The notes under the pieces are model-generated. The model had not been told where the DNA came from. It ran no database searches and saw only the letters and a program-made list of their open reading frames with translations. Of a DNA stretch of 64,000 nucleotides, positions 25,987-39,844 are shown piece after piece. The stretch comes from Octopus vulgaris (lineage: Eukaryota), in NCBI GenBank assembly GCA_951406725.2, contig OX597842.1:620001-684000 (forward strand), read 5' to 3'. Both the position numbers and the translations under genes were made by a program. Within the stretch, counting starts at the first letter, position 1, and the number at the start of each line of letters is the position of its first letter.

Positions 25987-27734
25987 TATGTGTGTATGTA
26001 TGTTTATATACAAACATATTCATATATGCAAACATATATATAAATATATATGAATATGTGTATTTGTATATAAATATGTCCAGAGGTGTAGAAATGTGTG
26101 TGAATTTATAATCTCACACTCACACACACACATGAATATACATATATTCTCACACATATATGTACATGTGTACATGTGCACATACATACACACACACAAA
26201 CACACACTCACACATGCATATACATATATTCCCACACATATATGTACAGGTGCACATGCATACACACACACAGACAAACACACGTGCAACACATGTATAT
26301 ACCCATTTAAAACAGCCAATGTACCGTGTGCCTTGCAATGGCACCAAATGTTGCTATCCAAATATCGGAATACTGTATTAAATATTCCGGCATTTTGGTA
26401 TTTAGACTCATTGAGAATATTTTATCAATACGATTTGTGAAAGAAAGAAATTTCATTGCGAAATTTGAAGAAGTTGTCGGCAATTGATATTGTATTCAGA
26501 CTTACATTAGAGCTTATTGAAAAATTAAGCATTGAAAGTTCCATGTGCATCTAAATATATTTTATTGATATTTAATTACCATTTCTAAACAGAGATGGGT
26601 TATTTAGATGATTGAGAGGAAGAGCAGAGTTGTGTGAGAAGTTGCAGCAGAGTTGAAGGAGTGGTCGGGGAGGAAATATTATTGAAAAATGATAGAGAAG
26701 AATAATGCAAGAAGAGAAATTTTAAAATATATTTGTAGAAAAATGTGGATTGGAAAGATGGGAAAATAAATAAATATGTAAAAGAAAGGATTTTTAATGA
26801 ATTATTCTGAATTCACAGCGAAAATTAAAGAAATATTGGAGATATTTTGAATGAAAGCGAAAATAATTTTACAAAACGGACAGAATATTAAAGGAAGCAA
26901 AAAGAAGAAGAAAATCGTATAACAAACAAAATGGAATAAAATAATTTTTCTCTCCTGAAAAAGGATAAAAAATAAATAACGAATATTCTAGAAAGTAGAA
27001 AAATGTCGAGAAGAATCAGAGAGCTTTTATAACCTTAATCATTATATTTCAAAAGTTCATTTTGAAGAACGTATTTTGAAGAATGGTTTTCCAGGAAATT
27101 TTATTCATTTTTCAAACACGATTCTCATCGTAGAGTTTGTCATTATTAAATCTATTAACAAATTTATAAGCGTAAAAGCCAGCCAACAACAGTTCGTTGT
27201 TCAGTTTTTCTTTTTGAGTTTTCTTTCCAGTGAAAACGACAGCAGACGACACACGCAAGAGACAAGAGAAAGAAGGAGAGAGAGAGAGAGAGACGTAGAG
27301 ATAAACGTAGAAATAACAGCAGATGATGGAGAAAGGCGGGCCAACAATACGATTTTAAAAATGGAGGGAAATGAGAATTGAGAAAGAAAAATGAAGAAAA
27401 GCCTTTTAAAAATGAATGAAGATGAAACTTAGAAGGGAAAAAAAGAAATTTTAATGAGAATTTTTTTGTTAATTATTAAAAAAGGTGTAAAATTTAAGGC
27501 GTTTTTGTGAAATTAATCCATCATGTGGCTGTTGCTGTTGTAATGCTTATTATTGTAATTGTATAGGTTGTAGTGACAGTTGTCTTTATCGCTGCTGTGG
27601 TGGTGGTTGTAGTTTGTGCTATAGTGGTAGTGGTTGTTGATGTTTTTGTTATAGTTGTATCTGTTGCCTCTAATGAGGGTGTCTTTACCATTGCAATGGT
27701 GGTGGTGGTTGTGGAGGCAGGGTTTAACAGACGA

Positions 27735-28435
27735 TATTAGTGGCTATAGCTGTTGTTGTTTAGCCCTAGGCTAGTCCTGGTCTAGCAAACCTATGATCAA
27801 AGATGTTGCAGCTGAGATCATTGCATCTTTTATTTAAACACAGTGTATCTAGGGCTACATTATCTCATGTACAGTATATTAGTGGCTTTAGTTGTTGAAG
27901 TTGTTAAGCCCCAGGTGAGTTCTGATCCAGCTTACCTTTAATCAAAAATGTTCCAGTTGTGACCATCCCATCTTTTATTCAGGCATAGTGTATCTAGGAC
28001 TACATTATCTAATGTATAATATTGTAGATAGTATTACTGGCTGTTGTTGTTGTTTAGCCCCAGGTCAGTCCAGATCCAACAGATGTATGATCATAGATAT
28101 TTTGCTTGTGACCACACCATCTTTTATTCAGACATAGTGTATCTAGGACTACATTATGTAATGTATAACATAATAATTCATATTACTAATTATAGTTATT
28201 GTTGTTTAGTACCCAAGTCAGTCCTAACCCAGCAGGCCATACGATCAAAGACATTCCAGCTGTGACCATCCCATCTTTTATTCAGGCATAGTATATCTAG
28301 GACTACATTATCTAATGTATAGTACAGTAGTTAGTATTAGCGGCTATAGCTGTTGTTGTTTTGTTGTTGTTTAGGGCTCAAGTCAGTCTCAATCCAGTGG
28401 GTCTTATGATCAAAGATATTCCAGCTGTGACCATC
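27735..28435. repeat. Tandem array of ~140-160-bp units
   Basis: About 5 units of the same repeat as 21685-22315. Confidence 0.9.
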
Positions 28436-28828
28436 TCTTTTACTCTTTTACTTGTTTCAGTCATTTGACTGTGGCCATGCTGTAGCACCGCCTTTAGTAG
28501 AGCAAATCGACCCTAGGACTTATTCTTTGTAAGCCTAGTACTTATTCTATTGGTCTCTTTTGCCGACCCGCTAAGTTACAGGGACATAAACACACCAGCA
28601 TTGGTTATCAAGCAATGTTGGGGGGACAAACCCAGACACGCACACACACATATATATGTATACATATATACGACAGGCTTCTTTCAGTTTCCGTCTGCAA
28701 AATCCACTCACAAGGCTTGGTCGGCCCGAGGCTATAGTAGAAAACACTTGCCCAAGGTGCCACGCAGTGGGACTGAACCCGGAACCATGTGGTTGGTAGA
28801 CAAGCTACTTACCACACAGCCACTCCTG
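28435..28828 (-). mobile_element. SINE family 1
   Basis: Matches the family 1 consensus. Confidence 0.85.
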
Positions 28829-28932
28829 TATATATATATATATCTATGTCTATCTGTCTGTCTGTCTGTTTGCCTATCTATTTCTAGCTGTCTGTCAGTA
28901 TGTATGTATGATGTATCTATCTATCTATATAC

Positions 28933-28969
<37 letters not shown>

Positions 28970-29579
28970 ATATAAACACACATACACACACAACACAAAC
29001 ACACATTCATACACATACACAAGAATATTGCATCATCATCATCATTTATTGTTTTTTTTCCATGCTGGCATGGGTTGGATGGTTTGCCAGGAGTTGGAAA
29101 GGCTGTGGGCTGCACCAGACTCCATTGTCTATTCTAGCATGCTTTCTATGGCTGGATGCCCTTCCTAATGCCAACCACCTTAAAGGGTTACTGGGTGTAT
29201 TTCAAACAGCACCAGCACCCGTGCTTTTTATGTGGCACCAGCACAGGTGTCGCTTCTGCTATGGTGGGTGGATCATCTTGAGTAAAGTAATGTGCCATAT
29301 ATCTTGGTCCTTCGTCAGGACCAAAATATACAGAAAGAAGGATGGATGGATACAGATATATGTATACATATATATACACACACATATATATACACCTCCA
29401 TAATTTCCCTTTTAACCCTTTCTATCGAAGAGCATAGGCTCAAAATGTCAAAGACTTTTTCTATTCTTCCCAAGCATTAAACTGATAAACCTGCTTGTTG
29501 TTCCTACTCCTGTCTTTGTCCTTTGTTTTTTGTAAATTTGAACTATATATATATGTATATTATATATACATATATATCT

Positions 29580-29986
29580 GTATGATGTGGAAAATATTCC
29601 ATCAGCACTGTCCAAATGATGTTGGCATCACCTTCAAAATACATCCAAGGCTTGGACCATGTGCCATCCGTCCACAACAAAAAATCTAAATCGCATCTCG
29701 TAACGACAATACGGCACAATTATTTCACATCAATTGGACCCGCTCTCTTCAACATTACACCAGGACACATCAAAACAGAAACTGACCACACAAAATTCAA
29801 GAAATCTTCGGACAAATTCCTTCAAACAATCCCGGACAACCACCCACACCTGGATATGACTCCACAAACAATAACTCTCTGCTTGAATGGGCCTTGATGC
29901 CCAAATCCTGAATTGAAAGACTTCGCCAGGTAGTGCTATTAAGTTAGACATGGCCTGGGCCGATACTGGCCAAAACCTTATTCTAA

Positions 29987-29990
<4 letters not shown>
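29580..29990 (+). pseudogene. 3' fragment of a CR1-group LINE ORF2 (frameshifted relic)
   Basis: HPRLG...TIRHNYFTSIGPALFNITPGHIK...FKKSSDKFLQTIPD...PGY...NNNSL resembles CR1/L2-group C-termini. Confidence 0.65.
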
Positions 29991-30016
<26 letters not shown>

Positions 30017-30017
<1 letters not shown>

Positions 30018-30436
30018 GTAAAGAAACTGTCTGGAACAGGTTGGGTCTTTTGCACTGTTTGGAACAAGAAAGCAACCTTAAAAAATATGACCCTTTATTT
30101 CGTTATTTACATAAAGAAGGCACGTTGGTAGATTGGTAACCACTTTGTGTAGGTACAGCAAGACTGAAGTTAAACATTTGTAAAGATAAACCTCACAACA
30201 ACTCCAGCAGCAACAGAGCCGGTCAAATCCCAAGTGTCTGGGACAGGAGCATAGGCTGATAACACGTTAAACACGTCTTCTCTCTTCAATAGCCGTGTCT
30301 CAAGTCACTGACGCTAACAAGGAACACGATAGAATTTTTTCCCCAGTTTTTAGCGCATATGCATGAGGGAAGTTCCTTAGGCTTTTCCAGAAGGTTCCAA
30401 CCCCGCACACGCACACTGAAGAATGATGTCACTACA
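30017..30436 (-). mobile_element. Probable solo LTR (420 bp)
   Basis: TGTA...TACA termini between TA tracts; AATAAA on the minus strand at ~30094-30099. No internal domain and an imperfect TSD. Confidence 0.5.
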
Positions 30437-30449
30437 TACATATATATAT

Positions 30450-30800
30450 AGGTGCAGGAGTGGCTGTGTCATAAGTAGCTTGCTTACCAACCACATGGTT
30501 TTGGGTTCAGTCCCACTGCATGGCACCTTAGGCAAGTGTCTTCTACTATAGCCTTGGGCCAACCAAAGTCTTGTGAGTGGATTTGCTTGATGAAAACTGA
30601 AAGAAGCCCTTCATACATATACATATATTTGTGTGTGTGAGTCTGTGTTTGTCCTCCCACCATCAGTCGACAACCGATGTTGGTGTGTTTACGTCTCAGC
30701 AAAAGAGACTGATAGAATAAGTCCTGGGTTTGATTTGTTCAACTAAAAGCAGTGCTCCAGCATGGCCACAGTGAAATTACTGAAACAAGTAAAAGAATAA
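30450..30800 (+). mobile_element. SINE family 1 (diverged)
   Basis: Matches the consensus with deletions. Confidence 0.8.
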
Positions 30801-31477
30801 AATACATATTTATATATAAATGTATATGTATGTATATATACACTAATAATACATATCCATTATTACATGATCACACAAAAAATGTCACGTGACCTTATAT
30901 GGAATTAACTTAATATGCAAGTGAATTTAAAATAAAATGAAAACCTTCAGCATAACAAAAGTCATAAAGTTACGAAATAAGATTGCGCAGACAGCTCTCA
31001 GGCAACATTTCAATCCAATTTAAATGATTTAAGTGAAAATCTAGTTGAGATGGTTTTGAGAAATTTTTCTCTTCACTCCATTATCACAGAATCACATACA
31101 ATATTGTAGTAATTGATAGCTAAACAGTAGTTTTGTTATTAATAACATATATATATATATATATATATATATTGCAGACATACAAAAATGAAATTTGTTT
31201 TCCTTAATATTACATCCTCTGAGGTTCAGCTTGCTATGAAACATATGAAGCCCAGATCTTACCTACTCCATTCCTTAACTCTTGTGTTCTTCAATTCTAT
31301 ATTTAAGAGATGAGGAATTATGTACATTATTTACATTTGACGGATATTTGTCCTCATCTCCTTTGTTGTTAACATGTTTTGGCTGATATACCCTCCAGCC
31401 TTCTTCAGGTGTCTTGGGGAAATTTCGAACCTTGGTTCTCATTCCCAAGGTAATTTTTGATGTTTTTATTATTATTA

Positions 31478-32183
31478 TTGGGTTGTCTGGAAAGTTTGTG
31501 CCAATTTATAGTAGCTTACATTTTGACTTATTTTAGAACATGGTTGAGTCCATAAAATAGGATTTTACTACACCTCCATTTAGAGCACAGTTTAAGCTAT
31601 CTTTTCGTGGAAGAAGGTTTATGTTCCTATAACCTGTGTTAATTCTGTAACCCTTCAAAATGGAAGATAAGAAAGTTGGTTTTCACCATTTGATGCTTTG
31701 GGAATCAGAGAAAAATTGCTGCAGCTCGGCTGGGATGTGTTACCCCACCCTCCATATTCACCAGATATTGCTCCTTCGGATTTCCACTTATTCAGGTCTC
31801 TGCAGAATAGTCTTAATGGTAAAAATTTCAATTCCTTGGATGATGTAAAAAGATACCTTGATGAATTCTTTGCCATAAAACCACCTCAATTCTGGGAAGA
31901 GGGTATTTTCAAGTTAAAGGAAAGATGGAGACGCATTGTGCAACAAAATGGTTCATATTTGGTTGATTAAAAATGTAATGGCAAGTATTTATTGACCTTG
32001 ATGAATTCTTTGCCATGAAACCACCTCAATTCTGGGAAGAGGGTATTTTCAAGTTAAAGGAAAGATGGAGACGCATTGTGCAACAAAATGGTTCATATTT
32101 GGTTGATTAAAAATGTAATGGCAAGTATTTATTGACCTTTTTCTTTCCTTTTAAAATCGGCATGAACTTTCCAGAAAACCCAA
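31478..32183 (+). mobile_element. Internally deleted mariner (DD34D) transposon
   Basis: ~30-bp imperfect TIRs (ttgggttgtctggaaagtt / aactttccagaaaacccaa), TA TSD, LGWDVLPHPPYSPDIAPSDFHLF motif. Confidence 0.92.
31660..31970 (+). pseudogene. Mariner transposase remnant: start codon region joined out of frame to the C-terminal catalytic end
   Basis: MEDKKVGFHHLML followed by IREKLLQLGWDVLPHPPYSPDIAPSD...W.EGIFKL.ERW. Confidence 0.88.
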
Positions 32184-32585
32184 TATTATTATTATTATTG
32201 CTATTGTTCAGGTAACAGCTTGGAATCGAACTTGGAATCTTGGGGTTAGTAGCCTGCACTCTTAACCATTACGCCATATGCCCGTGGGCATATGTGTTAA
32301 CAACAAACAACATGAGGACAAATATCGTCAAATGTAAATAATGTAAATAATGTCTTGTATTCTTATTCCCATACCTGGCAACCCTGGTTGCCTGCCATGA
32401 AATGTAAAAAGAAATTTTTTCAGCTTATCATACTTTGATGTAAAAGAATCCACCACCTTCCATCTCAATAAACTACTAATGTTCTTGAAAGTGTTTTTTT
32501 ATATTTACTACAGATTGATTGAAGCTAACTTTCTTCCTACACCTCGATCCTAGAATTTTATTTTTATATGCAAACATTCATACAT

Positions 32586-32990
32586 ACTCTTACTCTTTTA
32601 CTTGTTTCAGTCATTTGACTGCGGCCATGCTGGAGCACCGCCTTTAATCGAGCAACTCGACCCCGGGACTTATTCTTTTTGTAAGCCCAGTACTTATTCA
32701 ATCGGTCTCTTTTTGCCGAACCGCTAAGTGACGGAGACGTAAACACACCAGCATCGGTTGTCAAGCAATGCTAGGGGAACAAACAGAGACACACAAACAC
32801 ACACATACATATATATATATACGACAGGCTTCTTTCAGTTTCCGTCTAGCAAATCCACTCATGATGCATTGGTCGGCCCGGGGCTATAGTAGAAGACACT
32901 TGCCCACGATACCACGCAGTGGGACTGAACCTGGAACCATGTGATGTGGCTGGTTAGCGAGCTACTTACCACACAGCCACTCCTGCGCCT
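32586..32990 (-). mobile_element. SINE family 1
   Basis: Matches the family 1 consensus. Confidence 0.88.
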
Positions 32991-33255
32991 GTAAATAAAT
33001 GGAGTTTAACGCAGCTATAAATAAAATACTTTTACTTTCAACACGTGTTTCGAAGATTTCACTGACATTATTCAAAAGAATAAATGGTACAAAACAATGC
33101 AATCTTCTCTTCAGGGAAGTGAAAAAACGAAACTCGTCAATAAGACATTTTAGCAAAAAATGATGGATATGTATAGTGATTTTCCTAGTAAAGATGAAGT
33201 TTCTACCTTTAAAAACAAGGAGTTACAACTTGTGTGATTTTTTGCTACCCTGGTA

Positions 33256-33490
33256 ACTCTTTCACTCTTTCACTTGTTTCAGTCATTTGACTGCGGCCAT
33301 GCTGGAGCACCGCCTTTTTTTTTTTAGTCGAGCAAATCGACCCCGGGACTTATTCTTTGTAAGCCCAGTACTTATTCTATCGGTTTCTCTTTTGCCGAAC
33401 CGCTAAGTGACGGGGACGTAAACACACCAGCATCGGTTGTCAAGCAATGCTAGGGGAACAAACACAGACACACAAACATATGTATATATG

Positions 33491-33558
<68 letters not shown>

Positions 33559-34021
33559 TATATATATATGGTGACGTACCGTAAAAGAGGGAATACAAAG
33601 GAGTGACAGAGAGAGAGAGAGGAGAAATGGAAAGAAAAGAAGAGACGTCAACAAGAGACTATGGCACTACAACCAGCCAGGAACAGTCTTCGCTACATTT
33701 GCAGTAACTGCCAGAGGGAGTGTTTGTCCAGGATAGGACTACACAGCCACAGCAGGAAATGTATCAGGACATGAAATATAAAAGCCGGACTAGACTACTT
33801 TATGCGCAACTCCATTGTCTCCCGAGACAGAAAGGATGCCAACAGTATACATATACATATATATATATATATATACGACGGGCTTCTTTCAGTTTCTGTC
33901 TACCAAATCCACTCACAAGGCTTTGGTCGGCCCAAGGCTATAGTGGAAGACACTCTCGCCCAAGGTGGTACACAGTGAGACTGAACCCGAAACCATGTGG
34001 TTGGTAAGCAAGCTTTTTACC
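33256..34021 (-). mobile_element. SINE family 1 split by an RTE 3' end in its TA tract
   Basis: SINE halves at 33256-33480 and 33875-34021. Confidence 0.85.
33568..33846 (+). mobile_element. 3' end of an RTE/BovB-like LINE
   Basis: Translates YICSNCQRECLSRIGLHSHSRKC, the C-terminal zinc knuckle typical of RTE-clade ORFs, followed by a short 3' UTR. Confidence 0.75.
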
Positions 34022-35133
34022 ACACAGTCACTCCTGCGCCTATTTATTTAGATTTTAATTATTTCTGTGCAAGGTTTAGGAATGTAACCCCCACGAAAGC
34101 CAAGGGATTACTGTAAACAATTAAGTATGCAACTGACCAGACTATGAGATGCCATCGTACATCACTGGTCACAATGTGCTTTGCATTGTTTTACCTTTTA
34201 AATGATGCTACCCAACTGGCTGGGTGAGCAGGCCAACATTACCCCTGACCGGAAGGTTAGTCCATTGCAGTGTGACCTATTTACAGGTGAGTGGACTGGA
34301 GTAAATGTGAAATGAAACATTTTGTTTCAAAACACAAAATGCCACTTGGTCCAGGAATTGAACCCATGATCTGGTGATCCTGAGTGCAACACCCTAACCA
34401 CTGGGCTACATCCCTCCACAAATATATATATATAGATATACATAGAGATAGATATATGAACATATCTCCAAATAGACACACTCACTGATAGGTTTATACC
34501 TGCACACATATGCACACACATACATATATATATAAATATTCATACACACAAACACACACACACACACGAACAAATTTATTCATATATATGCACACATACA
34601 CCTATATATTTATACATACACATATATTCATATAAACACAAACACATATTTATTTATACACACACATTCACATAATCACCCCCACACACATAATCACACA
34701 CACACATATATATTCATACACACACATACAAATGTTTTCATATATTCACACACATGTATATATTTATACACACACACACACTCACATAATCCCCCCCACA
34801 CACATATATTTATATACAGACATATTTATTTATATATACACACACAAATATATATTTATTGATACACACACATACACACACACACTCACATAATCCCCTC
34901 CCACACATATATATATTCATATACACACACACACACACAAATTTATTCATATAGACACACACATATATTTATTCACATACACACACACAAACATATATTT
35001 ATTTATACACGCACATAATCACCCCCACATAATCACCCCCACACATATATATATTCAGACACACACACACATATATTTATATACACACACATATTTATTC
35101 ACATATACACACAAACACAAACATATATTTATT

Positions 35134-35169
<36 letters not shown>

Positions 35170-35860
35170 TAATCCCACACACATTCAACATACATTATAT
35201 TATTATATATGTGTTTAACTAAAGTGCAACAAAGAGAAACCGGTTTCAGAAAATAGATTTCCAAATGTGAACATCCTGTGGGAATGAGAGACTTACAAAT
35301 TCTTCATTTCGCATAACCTTTTCTCTTTTCTTCTAATACAATCATTTTAAATATGTATTCTTCAATTCGGCATTTTAATCCCAGAATTAATCTTCAAACC
35401 ACACTTAATCCCCAAATTAAATTTAAATTTGAACAGAGAGAGAAAGAGAGAGAGATAGAGAGAGATAGAGAGAGTGAGAAAGAGAGAGACAAAAAAATTT
35501 TCACGGGGAAGAAAATATAATAAATAAACAATTTGAATTTTATTTTTAATTTAATTTAATTTAATTCAATTTAAGATATTTACTCAACATGTTTTGTGTA
35601 TTTGTTTCGTTTTAATTGTGTTTTTGTTAATTGATATTATTGTTCTCGTTGTTATTCTTGTTGTTGCTTGCTTACAGTTTAGTTTGTATATTTGTGGATA
35701 AATTCGGCTTTAGCTGCAGTATTCATTCTCAAGTACTTGCTGCAGCATACGTAGTCTTAAAAACAGCTTTTTTTTGTATCTGTTGCTACACATATAATTG
35801 TGCACGCATAAACAGAACTATATACATACATTCATTTTATACAAATACATATACATATGT

Positions 35861-35951
<91 letters not shown>

Positions 35952-37739
35952 AACATATATATGTACTTAAACATTCATATATATGCATATACATATAAAT
36001 ATACATACATACATACACATCTATATACATATATTAATGTACATGTATGCACATACATAAATTCTTATACACATATAGATAGACACACATGCACATATAT
36101 ATATGATCACAAATACCAAACCACAAGTGCGTATCCTTAATACTTGTTTACAAATGTATGCTATTTAATACTGATATTACAAGAAAAATTAGCAGTGTGT
36201 GTGTTTATGTGTGTCTTTGTGCATGCATAAACATATACGCATATATGTACATACATACATATATATTTAAACACATACAGATACACACATATATATATAT
36301 ACTTATACATATATATATGTAAAATACAAAATGGGACAAGAATGCAAAACATCTGGACAACTAGGTGATACAAAAAGGGACAACACAACATCCAGATAGA
36401 CGATACAAAGAAGACAAGGATGGGTCATTCGAAGTTTTCTTTCCTCAGTCAAATACCAGATTATCCTCACAATTTCGGCTGATTAATCTTGAGATTGCTC
36501 CAATCTGGCCAGCCCCAAGGAAAAACTAATCTAAGAGCTTTAGATTCCTTGGAAGACAGCATCGAATGTATACGAAAGCAAGGACAGAAAAACGGACGAT
36601 GTTACACGAATAAGAATACAAAAATACAATAAAAATAACAATACATACATGTATATCATCATTATCCTTTAATGTCCACTTGTCTATGCTTCTATGGGTG
36701 AGACTGAATTTGGTGAGGCAGGTTTTCAACAGTTGGATGCCCTTCCTGTCACTCACCCTCACCTATTTCCCAGTACTGTTTACCCATGGCCAGACATATT
36801 TTACATGGAGTATTGGAAAGAATCAACATCACTTGTATGATGATGATGATGGTCATTTGCAACCATCAGCTGAGACCCCCTTCAGTCACGACACTGACCA
36901 TGGGATTGCACCTAGAAAGTTACCATCCCAGGCACAAGTCTGGGCAAGGTTGTTTATGGAAGACCAGCAGTCGCCCATGCATACCGGCCTCCCTTCTCCA
37001 TGCCACCAGTGTTATCCAAGGGAAAGGCAAAGGGGCCGATACAATTTGGCACCAGTGACAGCGCAACTCATTTCTACAGCTGAGTGAACTGGAGCAATGT
37101 GAAATAAAGTGTCTTTCTCAAGAACACAACACACAGCCCAGTCCAGGAATTGAACTCATTACCTCATGATTGAGAGCCTAAAATTCTAACCACCCTCACA
37201 TGCATATATACATGCATACACACACATACATATACTTGCACATATTTTAAAGAATGTAGTTGTGCCACAAGGGCAGCTTGGGGGAAGGGATTAAGTCAAT
37301 TATATTGACCCCAGTGCATAACTGGTATCATTTAATTGACCCCGAAAGGATGAAAGGCAAAGTCGACCTCAGCAGAATTTGAACTCCGAACGTAGCTGCA
37401 GTTGAAATAGTGCTAAGAATTTCACCCAGTGTGCTAACAATTCACAAGGTTAGAAATTGGCTCCTTTTCTATTAGCAAGAAATCTTGAAATAAAACTGAA
37501 AAATGACAAGCATACATACATATATACACAGACCTGCAGGAAGTAAATAGACACCTTTAATTTTCAAAATTTCTGATCTAAGCGTCTTAATATGTTTTCA
37601 GCAGTGTAGAATGTAATTATTGTTTTTCATTCCAGGTGCCATTATATTAAACATCTGCAAAGAGTAACCATGCCATGCACAAAAAAAATTCAGCATAACT
37701 GTCAGATTTTCAAAGAGAGTGTAGGCTGTCAGACCCTCA

Positions 37740-37920
37740 AACAACAGTTTATTTTTTGCTAAATGCTTCTCCTGTAGTTGCTTTATAAAGCAGTTAGCAT
37801 CAGTAGAGCTTATTCCAGGGGCAAAAAAACCTAACTGCTTCTTATCTATGTTAATGCTTATCCTAACTGAGAGCAAGTTGCGCTGTGACCCTTTCTGTAA
37901 TTTTCAGCACTTGGTCCAGC
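37740..37920 (-). pseudogene. Degenerate RTE reverse transcriptase fragment
   Basis: IDKKQLGFFAPGISSTDANCFIKQLQEKHLAKNK resembles QFGFxPGRSTTDAIFxxRQLQEK. Confidence 0.65.
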
Positions 37921-37974
37921 AAATATATACATACACACAAACACACGTGTATGTATGGGTGTATTTGAGAAAAT

Positions 37975-38190
37975 CTGTGAAACAAGTGAGTTGTGAGATA
38001 AGAATTTCATGGTAAAGCAACGATTTGCATTTTGAAGTGTTGTCACTGGGAAAGTTCCATTCCCAGAATAGTCCATGATTTTAAGGAAGGTGATCCAGAT
38101 AAGGGAGTGGAGTTTTCCGACTGCTACTTGGAAAGATGTGTAGAAAATGCAGACGATCTAATAAAGATTGTTTGGAGGGATGAAGGCACT
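37975..38190 (+). pseudogene. Tc1/mariner-superfamily transposase relic
   Basis: Hand translation ILKCCHWESSIPRIVHDFKEGDPDKGVEFSDCYLERCVENADDLIKIVWRDEG resembles the segment ending at the first catalytic Asp (WSDE). Confidence 0.55.
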
Positions 38191-38330
38191 TGATGTAGGA
38201 TTTTTAAAAGCTTAGTATTTATTCTATCAGTCTCTTTTACTAAACTGTTAAGTTATAGGGATGTAAACACACCAACACCAGTTGTCAAGCAGTAGTGATG
38301 ACAAACACAAACACACACACACATAGATAA

Positions 38331-38382
<52 letters not shown>

Positions 38383-39520
38383 GTAATAAATAAAAATAAA
38401 TGCGCCCTTTTAAAGCCTAGCCAGGCTCATGGGACCAGTTTCCCAGATTCAATGGTGTATGTGTTCCCCAGCTGGACAAACACCAGTCCATCGTAGCATT
38501 ACTCATTTTTGCCAGCTGAGTGGACTGGAGCAATGTGAAATGAAGTGTTTTGCTCAAGAACACAATGCGTCACATGGTCCAGGAATTGAAACCACAATCT
38601 TACGATCATGATGCTGACACCCTAACCACTAAGCCATGCGCCTCCAAACACACTATATATATATATGTATGTATGTATAGTTATATATGATGGATTTCTT
38701 TCAGTTTCTGTCTACCAAATCCACTCACAAGTCTTTGGTCGGCCTGAGGCTATAGTAGAAGACACTTGCCCAAGGTGCCACGCAGTGGGACTGAACCAGG
38801 AATCATGTGGTTGGGAAGCGAGCTTCTTACCACACAGCCACGCCTGCACCTATACACACACACGAGAAAGATGTGGGGTGTTGCAGAAAGGGACAGAGAA
38901 GAAAGCCATACAAAAAAAGGAGAGGGAAAATTTGTGTGCGTATGTATGTATATATGTATGCATGTAAGTGTTTGTGTATATATGTATATATGTATGTAAC
39001 GAATAAGGGAATTAGAGACGAATGAACATAAGTGTGTATACATACATGCCTATATTGTTTCAAATTGAAACAGAGAACTGACATGATATATATCTGTGTA
39101 TGCACATGTACACACACATATATATATATACACACACATACATTTATACATATATATACATGCATATATATATATGGGAATATACATATATATATATTAG
39201 TATATATATAAATGTATACATACATGCTTATATATATATATGCACACACACACACAAATATATATACATACATGTAATGGAGAGTGTATACAGTGCTATA
39301 CACGAAGTTCTAAATTCATTTACCTGTTCAAAAGACTATTTAATCTACCTTCAATCATAGACAAATGCCTACTTAATCTTCAGGCATCTATACACCCACC
39401 CATCCACCCACCCACCTATCCACCTATGCTTCCATCCACCAATCTATTCATACACACCTGCATACACACACACACATATATAGACACATTCTTATTTATA
39501 CACATGCACATATATGTGTG

Positions 39521-39560
<40 letters not shown>

Positions 39561-39707
39561 CATATACTTTTACATATATATATCTATATATAATTATATA
39601 CATACATACATATATATATACATATACATACACACACATATATATACATATACATACACACACATATATATACATATACATACACACATATATATACACA
39701 TATATAT

Positions 39708-39738
<31 letters not shown>

Positions 39739-39743
39739 GATAT

Positions 39744-39776
<33 letters not shown>

Positions 39777-39813
39777 CACACATATATATACACATATATA
39801 CACACACATATAT

Positions 39814-39844
<31 letters not shown>

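Larger units (their letters stand above)
31295..32352 (-). mobile_element. tRNA-headed, hammerhead-containing element with PLE-style inverted ends, split by a mariner
   Basis: tRNA-like A/B boxes at 32217-32277(-); hammerhead fold CTGAAGA-AGGCTG...CAGCC-AAAA at ~31370-31411(-); inverted repeat 31324-31374 / 32295-32344. Confidence 0.7.

Noticed and set aside
32217-32280. Functional tRNA gene (ACT anticodon)
   Set aside because: Acceptor stem and terminator not convincing, and it is embedded in a repeat; treated as a SINE-type head. The same applies to the other SINE heads.
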